Shown here in pieces: positions 46,248-56,263 of a stretch of DNA of 64,000 bases (position 1 is the stretch's first letter; each line of letters starts with the position of its first letter). Source of the DNA: a virus. Taxonomy: Duplodnaviria > Caudoviricetes. Below the pieces are notes generated by a model. The model was not told the origin of the DNA. It worked only from the letters and a program-made list of their open reading frames with translations, and made no database searches. The position numbers were made by a program, and so were the translations under genes. The stretch spans positions 44,146-108,145 of the IMG/VR virus record IMGVR_UViG_3300014204_000130. One strand, written 5' to 3'.

Positions 46248-46435
46248 GGTTTCTTAACCTTTGTTTCTTTTCCACTCCAAGGATTCTTAATTGTAATTGG
46301 TTGTTTTGAAACCAATCCACAATGATCTACAATCCACATTGCACAAAATTCTTCTTGGCATTTCTCAGAATCTTTTTCAAAATCACAACTTGAAATCATA
46401 CATCCCATTGCTAAGAACGGACACATCTTTTTCAT
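46244..46435 (-). CDS. small Cys-rich protein
   Basis: K.CPFL...C....CAMW...CGL. Confidence 0.55.
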   Translation of the reverse strand: MKKMCPFLAMGCMISSCDFEKDSEKCQEEFCAMWIVDHCGLVSKQPITIKNPWSGKETKVKKP

Positions 46436-46578
46436 TTCAATCCACCTTTACTTTTGGATACTTAATTTTTATTTCACTTGTTCCAACTTTTAAACAGACA
46501 TTAAGCGATTTAATCTCAAATGTCATTGGACATGAAATATCAATTGATACACTTTCAGAGTTTTCGTGACATATTCAC

Positions 46579-47430
46579 TCATTTCAATCCCCCAAGCATA
46601 TTAGCAATGAATACGTTCTTGATTGCAGCATAGTTCATATTGGCCTGAGTGGAAGCCATGATATCAATATTGATCCATGCTTTCTTTTCTTGAACCATTT
46701 CCCAAACTTTCTGATATATCATTTCAGGATCTCCATCGAATGCCAATCCAAATCGTTGATCCTTTGACATTCCCATCAGTTTCTCCCATGTCATTGAATC
46801 CCATGTTGCATTGTCCTGAGATGAATTTCCCTCCAACATGTTAAGAGCCGCCCGGATATCCCCATTGGCTTTCTTGGCAATGGCAATCAACTTCTTATCG
46901 TCGAATCCAAGATTCTCGGAAACGTTAATCTTTTTCAATCGCTTCGCCAATGTAACGATATCGACTCCAGAAACTTCATACTTTACAAACCTAGAAAGCA
47001 TTGCCGGAATAAGTTTGTAAACTTGATTACATGCAAAGATGAATCTGGTTGTCTTGTGATATGTTTCGATCAAACGTCTGAAACATGCTTGTGCTTCCGG
47101 AGTTAGATAATCTGCTTCATCCATGAAGATAATTTTATAAGGAAATCCAAACTGGGTTGTTTTGCATAATGAAGTGACTTTTTCACGAATGACATCAATT
47201 CCACGATCTGAAGATGCATTGATTTCATAAAAGAAGTTTGATTTCTTATCTCCATAAATTTCATTTCCAATCACATGTGCGATGGAAGTTTTCCCAGTGC
47301 CTTGGGGTCCGTAGAATAAGATATGTGGAATTCCATCGGGAGATGCCATTTGCTTCTTGATATCTTCAATGATATTATCCCGACAAATGATATCTGTGAA
47401 CAACAATGGGCGAAACTTTTCTGTTAGCAT
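46579..47430 (-). CDS. rfcS: replication factor C small subunit-like clamp loader
   Basis: EKFRP, PHILFYGPQGTGKTS, EINASSDRGIDVIR, IFMDEADYLT..AQ, SRF, GDIRAALN. Confidence 0.9.
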   Translation of the reverse strand: MLTEKFRPLLFTDIICRDNIIEDIKKQMASPDGIPHILFYGPQGTGKTSIAHVIGNEIYGDKKSNFFYEINASSDRGIDVIREKVTSLCKTTQFGFPYKIIFMDEADYLTPEAQACFRRLIETYHKTTRFIFACNQVYKLIPAMLSRFVKYEVSGVDIVTLAKRLKKINVSENLGFDDKKLIAIAKKANGDIRAALNMLEGNSSQDNATWDSMTWEKLMGMSKDQRFGLAFDGDPEMIYQKVWEMVQEKKAWINIDIMASTQANMNYAAIKNVFIANMLGGLK

Positions 47431-47436
47431 TTAATT

Positions 47437-47817
47437 TCAATCCTTATTAGAAATCTTCCAATTTGGAGAAAGAATTTCTCCAATTAGAACTGGCTCAAAC
47501 TTTTCACGATTATCCAATTCCAATCGTCGAAGGTTTGTATATGTAATTTTAATATCATCAAAAGATCCTCGACATTTTTCGATCCAAAATGGAACTCCAT
47601 TTATATCACGACATTTTTCGATGATTCTATAAATCGAAGACATTACCATCTTCTCAACCGCGTAATTTGATTCCATTATTTCATTTCCATTTCTTATCAG
47701 TTTTATTGAATCGAACATACGATTCATCGGGAGCATCTTCAAGTTCAATTTCATGAAGGCAGACAATGCAGATATTTCCAATATGTATCTTTGGGAGAGC
47801 CTTGCCACACACTTCAC
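47437..47817 (-). CDS. hypothetical protein
   Basis: ORF within the operon. Confidence 0.5.
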   Translation of the reverse strand: MKCVARLSQRYILEISALSAFMKLNLKMLPMNRMFDSIKLIRNGNEIMESNYAVEKMVMSSIYRIIEKCRDINGVPFWIEKCRGSFDDIKITYTNLRRLELDNREKFEPVLIGEILSPNWKISNKD

Positions 47818-47846
47818 ATTTCTTGGCTTTGATTTCTTCAGACATG

Positions 47847-48815
47847 TTATTTTCCATACTCCAAGTTGATTACTTTGAATGAAAGACGTTCACCCATGAT
47901 AGTTTCTTCTTCGATAGGCCGAAACACTAATCCTTCCCGTGGTTTATCGTTTGGATAATTCCCCTTCGCCATATCCTGTAACCATTTGTTGGATACATCT
48001 TCAGGAAATGTTCCAACAAGATCAACAACCACCATTGGAAGTTGATTTAATCTGCAAAACTCCGTCAATTCCAGATAGCCGCAGTATTTGTGCTCTTCAA
48101 TACTGTAAAGATTGAATACTCGCAAATCTTTCTCAGGGAGTCCCATCGGATTACCCTGAATACTTGGTCCAACCATTTCAAATTGAATAGCATATCCTTC
48201 AGGAAGCTTGTTAACAAGATCATACTTTCTTGCAAGACACCAAATCAAATTATGTGGGGTGTCTTTCATTGAAAGATTTCTTGAACAACAAAACATTTCC
48301 CCTTTGTATTTTCCAATGGTTCCTGAACTCCCATCGGCCTTCACAGATGCATAGTACGATTTACCTTTCAATGCATCTACAAGATGAGAAGCCGTTTGGA
48401 AGTTTGGTTCGTCTGTCTTTGGCATGAAACCGGGGAAGTTACCAAGTGCATCGCCAGCAATACTTGGATCAATTGGTTTCTCATACTTGATGACTTTCAT
48501 TGCATCACCAATATCATCACCAATTGTCATATCACAACCAACATTCGGCATGATGAGAACTTCCGACGCAACACCTTTGAACTTGCACATGGTTACACGG
48601 AACTTTCGTTTCCTCATGAATTCAAACCGTTCAAGTTCTGGAACAATTGCATCTGGAAGATATACTTCAACATAGTCACCAATTTGCATTTCTTTGCTGA
48701 CAACACCATGCCATTTCCCACCCTGACCGCAAACTACTTCAGCTTGAACGATCTTGTCTGCATCTTTAATAGGATTGATGTTGATGATCTTACCGATGAA
48801 TGCTAAACCTTTCAT
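47847..48815 (-). CDS. RNA ligase, DRB0094 family, with an N-terminal OB-like domain
   Basis: I.PI.DADKI..A, FP.FMPKTDE, KADGSS, CSRN, QFEMVGPSIQGN, REGLVF, SFKVI. Confidence 0.85.
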   Translation of the reverse strand: MKGLAFIGKIININPIKDADKIVQAEVVCGQGGKWHGVVSKEMQIGDYVEVYLPDAIVPELERFEFMRKRKFRVTMCKFKGVASEVLIMPNVGCDMTIGDDIGDAMKVIKYEKPIDPSIAGDALGNFPGFMPKTDEPNFQTASHLVDALKGKSYYASVKADGSSGTIGKYKGEMFCCSRNLSMKDTPHNLIWCLARKYDLVNKLPEGYAIQFEMVGPSIQGNPMGLPEKDLRVFNLYSIEEHKYCGYLELTEFCRLNQLPMVVVDLVGTFPEDVSNKWLQDMAKGNYPNDKPREGLVFRPIEEETIMGERLSFKVINLEYGK

Positions 48816-49384
48816 GATTCTTCTTCCTCTTTCTTTTTTGGATATAGCCAATCGAATCGCCAAATCTGTTCACATTTCATTTCAAATGCAATCTTTGCAC
48901 AAACTACTTCATATTTCACACGATAATAATTCTTGCAAAGCCATTCAGTTACTTCTTGATTTGCTTTATTTTTAAACTTTGGATAATTACATGAGAAGAT
49001 CATCATAAGAACATACAAACTATTCTTCGTATCTTTCAAGTAATTGTATAATAATTCTCGATCATTGCATGAGAAAACATATTTTACAAGTTCAAATGGA
49101 TTGACATCTTTCTGTGTATCTTCCGATAGTTTTGTAATTTTGTATTTCTTTGTCGATGCGCGTTTACCTTTCAAAAGTTTGTAATCGTGAATTACAATTG
49201 TAAGATTAACTCCACTTTCAATAAGAAGATCAATGTCTTTCTTCTTCAAATTCAATTCATCGGAATATGCAACAAGGTTTTTGTCTTTGGTCATGAAGTT
49301 CTTATTGATACTTGCGGAGGTTATCTCAGAGATTACGAAATCGTTCTTCTCAAGTTCATATTCTCCGTAAATGAAATGGATCAT
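48812..49384 (-). CDS. hypothetical protein, possibly an inactive clamp-loader subunit
   Basis: MIHFIYGE start is reminiscent of HolA-like subunits; near rfc. Confidence 0.35.
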   Translation of the reverse strand: MIHFIYGEYELEKNDFVISEITSASINKNFMTKDKNLVAYSDELNLKKKDIDLLIESGVNLTIVIHDYKLLKGKRASTKKYKITKLSEDTQKDVNPFELVKYVFSCNDRELLYNYLKDTKNSLYVLMMIFSCNYPKFKNKANQEVTEWLCKNYYRVKYEVVCAKIAFEMKCEQIWRFDWLYPKKKEEEES

Positions 49385-49698
49385 GAGAATTCCAGATGTG
49401 TTTTTATTGCTTTCTCTTGTTCAATTGATAGATCCATTGGAATTTGAAGCAATTTCAATCTTCGTTTGAGTTCTGTAACCTCACGATAATACGGTGTACA
49501 AATTTGACCACCTTGAGTTCCACATCCAAGTTGACAAGCATGACCATTGTTCGGAAATCCATTTGGTATGAACTGTGGGCATTCACCACATTTCTTATCA
49601 GTTGTTGAAATGTAACAACTACAATACGCCATACCATCCATGAATTCTGGTCTGAGGTCATTGAAAACAAGATCTTTTTTCACTCTATTTGTAGTCAT
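49381..49698 (-). CDS. Cys-rich hypothetical protein
   Basis: Multiple Cys residues; GGA RBS. Confidence 0.5.
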   Translation of the reverse strand: MTTNRVKKDLVFNDLRPEFMDGMAYCSCYISTTDKKCGECPQFIPNGFPNNGHACQLGCGTQGGQICTPYYREVTELKRRLKLLQIPMDLSIEQEKAIKTHLEFS

Positions 49699-49699
49699 A

Positions 49700-49951
49700 T
49701 TATCTGTCCATCGACCATCTTTCAAAGAGATTCCACAATTTAATACATCCTACCATTAAGATACTACCTCCAAGTATCAAAGTAAGCATAGCAGCAATCA
49801 TGCAAAATGCTGCGAGTTGTGGCATGATGGAATTTAAACATGTTGATATCAATATCATCGATAACGTAAATCCCAACAATCCAACTCCAATAATTATCAA
49901 CAGTAAGTTTGGCAAATATCTTTTATATTTTTCAATCATTTTCATCTCCAC
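49700..49951 (-). CDS. small two-helix membrane protein
   Basis: Two long hydrophobic stretches. Confidence 0.55.
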   Translation of the reverse strand: MEMKMIEKYKRYLPNLLLIIIGVGLLGFTLSMILISTCLNSIMPQLAAFCMIAAMLTLILGGSILMVGCIKLWNLFERWSMDR

Positions 49952-50178
49952 GGTTTAATAATCAAAATTTCTGGAAGTTGGCCTTTGAAAATTCTATTTG
50001 AAAAATGTTCTTCCCATTCCAAATCCCATTCCAAACATGCTTGATGTTTGTCCGACATAACCATATCTGCATTGCATCTCGGACAATGTATTCTTCGGTC
50101 CTGCCGACTGAATCTTTGAACAACATAATATTCATGCCCAAAGATCCAACATTTAAACTTGTTCCAAAATTGATTCAT
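49942..50178 (-). CDS. small phage protein (DUF1660-like 'CWIFGH')
   Basis: KCWIFGH...CPRC. Confidence 0.55.
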   Translation of the reverse strand: MNQFWNKFKCWIFGHEYYVVQRFSRQDRRIHCPRCNADMVMSDKHQACLEWDLEWEEHFSNRIFKGQLPEILIIKPWR

Positions 50179-50453
50179 TCTTGTTCCTCATTATCGAATA
50201 AAAAATCATCTGCAAGTTTTATTCGAAGATAATCGGTAGATGTTTTTTCTTGAACATTTACTTCTATACACTGTTTCAAAGATTTTATCAATTTCAATGC
50301 ATCCTGTTTAAATCGTTGATGTTTGCTTTTTAACTCATCCAATTCTATTTGGATTTTTTCTTTATCAATTGGAATATATGGTCTGGAAGTAAATCCACAT
50401 TCACATGGATCTTCCCAACATTCTGGACATGCTGATTTTATTCCAATTGACAT
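50175..50453 (-). CDS. hypothetical protein
   Basis: CPECWEDPCECG motif. Confidence 0.55.
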   Translation of the reverse strand: MSIGIKSACPECWEDPCECGFTSRPYIPIDKEKIQIELDELKSKHQRFKQDALKLIKSLKQCIEVNVQEKTSTDYLRIKLADDFLFDNEEQE

Positions 50454-50683
50454 ATTACCAAAACCAAACCGTCTTAACAACTTGAACAAGAACTACAACA
50501 AATCCAACAGAAAATAATGTTGATATCAAAACATATGCAGCATATATGGCCGCAAGTATACATCCATCCTTCCAAGTATAGACAGTCTCCCGTGGTGTGA
50601 ATCCACCCTGATTGATCTCCATTTTGGAACCTCCTTTTCGATGCTTTGATCTTAACAGATATGCTAGAGAAACGCAAGGACTT

Positions 50684-52417
50684 TTAAGAAAATTCTTTCA
50701 TGACCGCTTTTTCAATTTCTGCTTCAATTTTTTGCATTTCTTTGTCATTTAATGTCTCTACGACCGTCTGGATTACTTCTTTCTTCAATAGGAATTGCTC
50801 GTGTATCTTTTCCTCTACGGTATCGTTAACGATGAAGGAATAGACATGAACATCATTCTCTTGGCCTGTTCGATACAATCGACCGATTCGTTGTTCTTCT
50901 GTGGTTGGCTTAAATGGTTTTTCCCACTGCACCATGTATCTACAGAACTGGATATTATGTCCGAAGTTAACCTTATCCGTGCATAATAAGAATCGTCTAT
51001 CAGAGTTCTTGAATTGCTGGATAACTGTAAGAGCATCTTCTTTTTCATCTCCGGTGATCTTGAAACATTTCTGTCCAATATTGGACAAATATTCTTCCAA
51101 CATTCGGATTGTACATTTATAAAATGAAAACACAACAATTTTTTCATCCGTCTGTTCAAGTATCTCTTGGAACTTTTCAAGTTTTGGATTTTCTTTGTAT
51201 TTTCCTCTTGAAGTATCACATAGAAATTGTCGTGCAGCATGATAACCAGCCGATGCATTTCCCTTATGTTCAAGTTTTACATCATCGTAACATTTCAACA
51301 TTTCTTTCGAAGGATCGATAAATATGTCTGTTGGGTATAGATCAACTTTCAACCGTAATTTCTTCCGGATGATCATCGGCTTGATTAACTTGTGCAAATA
51401 ATCATCATTCTTAAATCCTTTGGCTTTCGATTCAGTTTTGACGACATATCGATTCATCATTCTACTCCAGAATCGAAACGATACATCTTCATACTTTATG
51501 AAGTTTGTCTGGAAGAATTTCTGACCTCCAAGTATATGTCCACCATCGATAAGTTTGAATATCGGATACAAATCAAATAATTGATTTTCAACTGGAGTTC
51601 CCGACATTGGTACTCGATATAATGGTTTCCAGAAATTGATTACTAAGTCGAAGAAATTCTGACTTCTGGTTGCAAATAGAAAATTCTTCATATTATGGAA
51701 CTCATCCACAATCAACATATCGGGATTCAACTTTTGTATTTCTTTATAATCGAAATTGCATTTGTCGTAGTTTATGACAATCATCTCGATCATCGGATTT
51801 ACAACGAATTGATGATACTTTTCAATCCGTTTCTTTTTGTTGTCAGTTTTGTTGATATGTAAAATTCCATGTTTTCCAAAAAACTTAATGTAATCTTCCG
51901 TGTAATTCTTTACTAACGCAGCCGGAAGCATCACTAGGGTTTTCTTAATATGTCCAAGTTCCTTCAGACATTTATGAGCGGTATTTACAACTATGGTCTT
52001 CCCGGTCCCGATGTCGTTGGCGATGATCACCCTCTTCCCCAACATGATATATGCCACCGATACGTCTTGTCCCGGCATGAGGGAGAAACCATGTTTCTTC
52101 TGAATCGAATAGATCGTAGAGCGTATTTCTTCTGGGATCTCCTCTCCCATAGTCGGCATATCCTTTATGCGTTCCAGTAATTGCCGTTTGGATGTTTTAT
52201 CTTGGTAGAATTTTTTGAGGGTTGGGGAAATCTGGACAGGATATCCAATTTTCTTCGCCACATTCAACAGGATAGGGAGGGAGACGTAGGGAACTGTATA
52301 ATCCCCACGGATACATTCGTAACAAAGGTTGAATGTCGTATGATCCTGAAGCTTTACAAAGTTCTCACTTGGATCAAGATGTATTGAAATCTTATTTTGG
52401 AAAAGTGAAAGTTTCAT
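50684..52417 (-). CDS. SNF2-family helicase
   Basis: ANDIGTGKT, IVDEFH, MSGTPVEN..DL, PKL, KIVVFS, G.NIQ, QRIGRLYRTGQ, TVEE. Confidence 0.9.
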   Translation of the reverse strand: MKLSLFQNKISIHLDPSENFVKLQDHTTFNLCYECIRGDYTVPYVSLPILLNVAKKIGYPVQISPTLKKFYQDKTSKRQLLERIKDMPTMGEEIPEEIRSTIYSIQKKHGFSLMPGQDVSVAYIMLGKRVIIANDIGTGKTIVVNTAHKCLKELGHIKKTLVMLPAALVKNYTEDYIKFFGKHGILHINKTDNKKKRIEKYHQFVVNPMIEMIVINYDKCNFDYKEIQKLNPDMLIVDEFHNMKNFLFATRSQNFFDLVINFWKPLYRVPMSGTPVENQLFDLYPIFKLIDGGHILGGQKFFQTNFIKYEDVSFRFWSRMMNRYVVKTESKAKGFKNDDYLHKLIKPMIIRKKLRLKVDLYPTDIFIDPSKEMLKCYDDVKLEHKGNASAGYHAARQFLCDTSRGKYKENPKLEKFQEILEQTDEKIVVFSFYKCTIRMLEEYLSNIGQKCFKITGDEKEDALTVIQQFKNSDRRFLLCTDKVNFGHNIQFCRYMVQWEKPFKPTTEEQRIGRLYRTGQENDVHVYSFIVNDTVEEKIHEQFLLKKEVIQTVVETLNDKEMQKIEAEIEKAVMKEFS

Positions 52418-53196
52418 TTGAAATTCTTGGGTGGATTCGACCGATTCCACATATTCCGTAAGGCATTTTCTTCAGCTTGATATGCCAAAACTTCTTCATC
52501 TTCTTCGGGATTTGGAGGTGTTCTATTCAGATATGCATCATATTGAGATTGTTGATAGTCATCAAACAATTCATAATCCGTTTTGTCTTTTGTTGTAATT
52601 GGTTTCTTAATTGATTGATCTTCAATAACATGCAATTCATAAGTATCATCAACATACTTCAAATAGATTTGATGGATTCTATAAACATTGAATTTTATAT
52701 CCTCTGTGAACTTAAAAAATCCAAGTTCTTTAATATAAACATCATCATTTTTCTCATCTCCATCAAATGTAATCTCCGCAAGTTTCTCAGATTTGAAAAA
52801 AACTTTTTCTTTCGGAATATTAATCCTATTTCCTGGCAATTTTCGATATTCTGGTTTTTTCAAAAATTGTTGATAGTTATTAAGAACCGAGTTTATAGTT
52901 TCCATTATAACAATATCAATTAAACCATCCCGATAATACATTCTATCAATTGAACATTTGAATTCCTTCGTTAAAAAATCCATATGAATGGCTTTTAATT
53001 CTCTTTTGATTTCCGGAGCTGTAAATCCTTTACTTGGATCAATTACTTTAATGTTCTGTATGCAAATATTATGTGTAAATGATTTTAATCCTCGAAGAGA
53101 ATTCAAAAAATTATAATTGGATTCTTGATAAATTATTTTGTTATCTTTTCCAATCTCATGACACAAAACAACAGATTTATCAATTAGAGTCTTCAT
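52414..53196 (-). CDS. hypothetical protein
   Basis: 260-aa ORF with its own promoter and AAGGA RBS. Confidence 0.65.
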   Translation of the reverse strand: MKTLIDKSVVLCHEIGKDNKIIYQESNYNFLNSLRGLKSFTHNICIQNIKVIDPSKGFTAPEIKRELKAIHMDFLTKEFKCSIDRMYYRDGLIDIVIMETINSVLNNYQQFLKKPEYRKLPGNRINIPKEKVFFKSEKLAEITFDGDEKNDDVYIKELGFFKFTEDIKFNVYRIHQIYLKYVDDTYELHVIEDQSIKKPITTKDKTDYELFDDYQQSQYDAYLNRTPPNPEEDEEVLAYQAEENALRNMWNRSNPPKNFK

Positions 53197-53233
53197 GTAT
53201 TATTATTCCTTCAAGATATAATTTTGTTGAGTT

Positions 53234-53262
53234 ATAATATCAGAAATATTTATAGAAGTCAA
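53234..53262 (-). promoter_or_regulatory. sigma70-type promoter
   Basis: TTGACT-N17-TATTAT. Confidence 0.6.
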
Positions 53263-53269
53263 CATTAAT

Positions 53270-53720
53270 AAGGGAGGGGTTCGGCGGTAATGGGGAGGGA
53301 TTCCTTCAGTAGTCTGTAAAGTGTTCGAAGAGAACACTTGTCCTATCTGTTGGTAACTTCATCTCATAAAGAGATGACGATGCCCTACGTTGGTCCTTAG
53401 AAGTCGAGCACGCTAGTGCGAGATTGTCCTATCTGTTGGTTCCCAAGTAAACTAGACTTTGAAAAATATCTAAGTTTGAACTTGGGAAAAAGAGATGTTG
53501 GATCTACTGTGAAAATTTGGTTTGAAAGTTTTTTAAACAGAGTTTCCACTGTAGTTTACAAAAGCACTTCGACTAGCGTCTCAGTTCCGGAAACAGAAGG
53601 ACATCATCTCACAAAAGATTAAGATGCACAAAAACCGCCACATTTCAAAAGTGTTCGAAGAGAACACTTGTTCTTTTAAAGGAGATAAACGTTTTTCTCA
53701 ACAGAAGGACTCTCGCATAA
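53270..53720 (-). ncRNA. candidate structured ncRNA or origin with repeated hairpins
   Basis: 24-nt hairpin repeat twice, 17-nt repeat twice with complementary partners, promoter immediately upstream on the - strand, no credible ORF. Confidence 0.45.
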
Positions 53721-53725
53721 ACGAA

Positions 53726-53754
53726 GTTATAGCATATTTTTTTTCAAAAGTCAA
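53726..53754 (-). promoter_or_regulatory. sigma70-type promoter firing into the non-coding structured region
   Basis: TTGACT-N17-TATAAC with TG extended -10. Confidence 0.6.
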
Positions 53755-54042
53755 GTCAACTGACTGGCATTCCAACCTGTAGCAGTCTGAGTTACAATGA
53801 GGATTTTTGCTATGGAAAAATATATTTTCATAGAACTTTGAAGAGTTTTGAGTATCGTTATTTGTGGAATTTTCACACCTCTGTCACAGGGTCAACATTG
53901 TTGAAAATGATACTTTTTTGGGCTACACGTTCTAAACGAAAGTGTGTACGGCATTTCAGATTTCGACAATTTTGGAAATATAAGTATCATTTCTGGAAAT
54001 CTTTTGATGGACTTTCCTTCCGGGTTGTGGTAATATTTGGAG

Positions 54043-54405
54043 ATGCGCCATGAAAAAATTATAACACAGAATGGTTTAAGTGGAATTTTAAGAACTTTCC
54101 ATCGTCTTTCCAATGAAAAGAGTAAGAATTCAATCTCTGAGATCACAATAGAAGTTACAGATAAAGAAACATTGGAAAAGATAGAAGTCCCGATTTTCGT
54201 AGAAAATCTTGCATTGGCAAACAAATTATCTTTGCAAGATATGATTTCCTGTATTCTGAAATGTTTCATTGTTGATTATACACAAGGACGAGTTGAGTTT
54301 AATAAATCTCTTCTCTCCCATATTAAGGACTATCCGATGTCGGATTTGGAGAAGTTAAAGTTGGTTGCATACCTGACTGAACAAGTCAGTAAAAAATTAC
54401 CATAG
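54043..54405 (+). CDS. hypothetical protein upstream of parB, possibly leaderless
   Basis: TGGACT-N17-TAATAT places the expected transcription start at about the ATG at 54043. Confidence 0.55.
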   Translation: MRHEKIITQNGLSGILRTFHRLSNEKSKNSISEITIEVTDKETLEKIEVPIFVENLALANKLSLQDMISCILKCFIVDYTQGRVEFNKSLLSHIKDYPMSDLEKLKLVAYLTEQVSKKLP

Positions 54406-54415
54406 GAGATTTTAC

Positions 54416-56203
54416 ATGTCTGATATTATTACCAGTGAAGATGACTTCGATTTAATCACACTCGACGAAAGCCCTGTTACCCCGGCGAAGGTTAAGAAAG
54501 AACCGGAACCGATGGATTCCTTGGATGATCTGGATCTGGACGACAATACCCTTTCTCTTCCTCCCGTTGTGGATGAAATGGTAAAGGAAATCCAGGTGAA
54601 GCCGGAATCCAAGAAGATCCAGATTGAAAAATCCATTGCAGTCCCGGTTAAGGCGAAACCCGTGGAATGCGATGATTTTGAAATCAATTTGGATGACGAT
54701 GATTGTCATCAAATGGATGCAAAACATGAACTCGAAAAATCCAAGATTGATTCAGGATTGTTTGAGGGAATTGAAGATACAAAGGAGTTGGTTCGGCCAG
54801 ACAGTTTACCCGAAGAGGAAATCGTCTTGGATGAACAACCCTTGGTGGATTCACCGGAACCGAAAGGTGTTGTCCTCCTCACAACCCCAAAAGTAATTGT
54901 TCCGGAAGAGAAACCGAAGAAGTCCCATAAGAAGAAAGAAGTTCCCGTTGTCGTTGAACAAGGAACGATTGATGTTGTTGAAAAAATGTTGGTTGCTCCT
55001 ACTCCGAAAACAACTGTATCTGAACCAGAAATCAAACTTGATGAAGATGTATCGGATACAATTGAGTTGCAGGATTCGTCCAAGATTGGAATGTCTGTGA
55101 TAGAGCCTATTTCCAAGGACATGTGTGAAAAAGGCTCAAAAGATAAAGAAAAATTTATCCCGGAATCGGTCGATTTGTCCAACGTTGGACAAGATAAAGA
55201 AAAATTTATCCCGGAATCTGAAATGTTATTCGACCCCATGTTCGATATTTCCAAGATCAATATCGACCGGAAATACCAGACTCGTGTGATCCAACGGAGT
55301 CCAGAACAAATCAAGGCATTCGGGGAAATCATCACATCTCAGGGTCAGTTGGAACCCGTTCACCTCCATAAAGAGGGAGATGAATATTTCCTGATTGTTG
55401 GATTCGGTCGGTATGATGCCATGACAGCTCTTGGTGTGAAAACCATTAAGGTTATCATCCATGAGAATCTGTCGGATTCGGAACTTGTTAAGCTTTCCAC
55501 GGGAACGAATGAACATCGATTACAACTTGGGGAGTGGGATAAAATTGCATCTGTCGGCCTGTTCGCAAAGAATCATCCTACAATTGATAAGGATGGACCA
55601 GATACACCCAATTGCCTGACAGGTATCTTTGGATATTCAAGGGCAACAGTTTACAGTTACGTTGAGATGTATGACTACTTCCATGATAAAGATTTGATCG
55701 TGGAGTATTTCAAACGAACCGACGTTAAGCAGTTTATTTTCAAGGCAATTCTCGGGGTAAAGAAACATATCACCGACTTGGAAACGTTCGTGAAATTTCT
55801 GGAAGAGAATAAAGATGTCGGCAAGCGTGAGTTTGAAATTGCATTGCAGACATACATTTCAAACAAGCATCTTGATGAACGCCTGTTGAAGCAGGAAATC
55901 AACAAGAACGTCGATGTCGGTATTCAACTCGATCCGGAATCGGAACCTCCCACAGCATTCGAAAAAGACGTTGATAAAATGGTGAAGGATGCAGAAACCA
56001 AAAATCCTATCAATGTCGAAATGGTGAAGAAGGTTTCCGAATTCATGACGGATTTGATGAAGAATATCGGAACGGTTGAAGAGACTATGAAGAATCTCTT
56101 GGCCGTCGAAGATGTTAAGAATCTCATGGATAACGCACGAATCGCTTCATTTCAGAAGAAATTTGGAAATCTCCAGAAGATCTATTTGAAATTCTGGGCT
56201 TAA
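54416..56203 (+). CDS. parB: ParB-family protein: long acidic disordered N-terminus, ParB/Srx domain, HTH, C-terminal helices
   Basis: YQTR...I..QGQLEPV....Y.LIVGFGRYDA...G...I..I...N..R.QL..WD; HTH LTGIFGYSRATVYSY. Confidence 0.8.
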   Translation: MSDIITSEDDFDLITLDESPVTPAKVKKEPEPMDSLDDLDLDDNTLSLPPVVDEMVKEIQVKPESKKIQIEKSIAVPVKAKPVECDDFEINLDDDDCHQMDAKHELEKSKIDSGLFEGIEDTKELVRPDSLPEEEIVLDEQPLVDSPEPKGVVLLTTPKVIVPEEKPKKSHKKKEVPVVVEQGTIDVVEKMLVAPTPKTTVSEPEIKLDEDVSDTIELQDSSKIGMSVIEPISKDMCEKGSKDKEKFIPESVDLSNVGQDKEKFIPESEMLFDPMFDISKINIDRKYQTRVIQRSPEQIKAFGEIITSQGQLEPVHLHKEGDEYFLIVGFGRYDAMTALGVKTIKVIIHENLSDSELVKLSTGTNEHRLQLGEWDKIASVGLFAKNHPTIDKDGPDTPNCLTGIFGYSRATVYSYVEMYDYFHDKDLIVEYFKRTDVKQFIFKAILGVKKHITDLETFVKFLEENKDVGKREFEIALQTYISNKHLDERLLKQEINKNVDVGIQLDPESEPPTAFEKDVDKMVKDAETKNPINVEMVKKVSEFMTDLMKNIGTVEETMKNLLAVEDVKNLMDNARIASFQKKFGNLQKIYLKFWA

Positions 56204-56206
56204 TAT

Positions 56207-56246
56207 AATTTGGACTCCGGGATGTAAAAGTTCCGGAGTCCAAATT
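56207..56246 (+). terminator. strong hairpin after parB (terminator or processing site)
   Basis: 14-bp stem aatttggactccgg/ccggagtccaaatt. Confidence 0.5.
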
Positions 56247-56263
56247 GAAAGGAGTTAGAAGAT

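Noticed and set aside
50474-50677. Cys-rich 67-aa ORF from the track
   Set aside because: An overlapping frame (50455-50622, MEINQGG…, with GGAGG RBS and a hydrophobic helix) is the more plausible gene.
53416-54269. ORFs 53416-53622, 53838-54053 and 53892-54269
   Set aside because: No RBS; they overlap promoters and structured repeats or lie antisense to a better gene.
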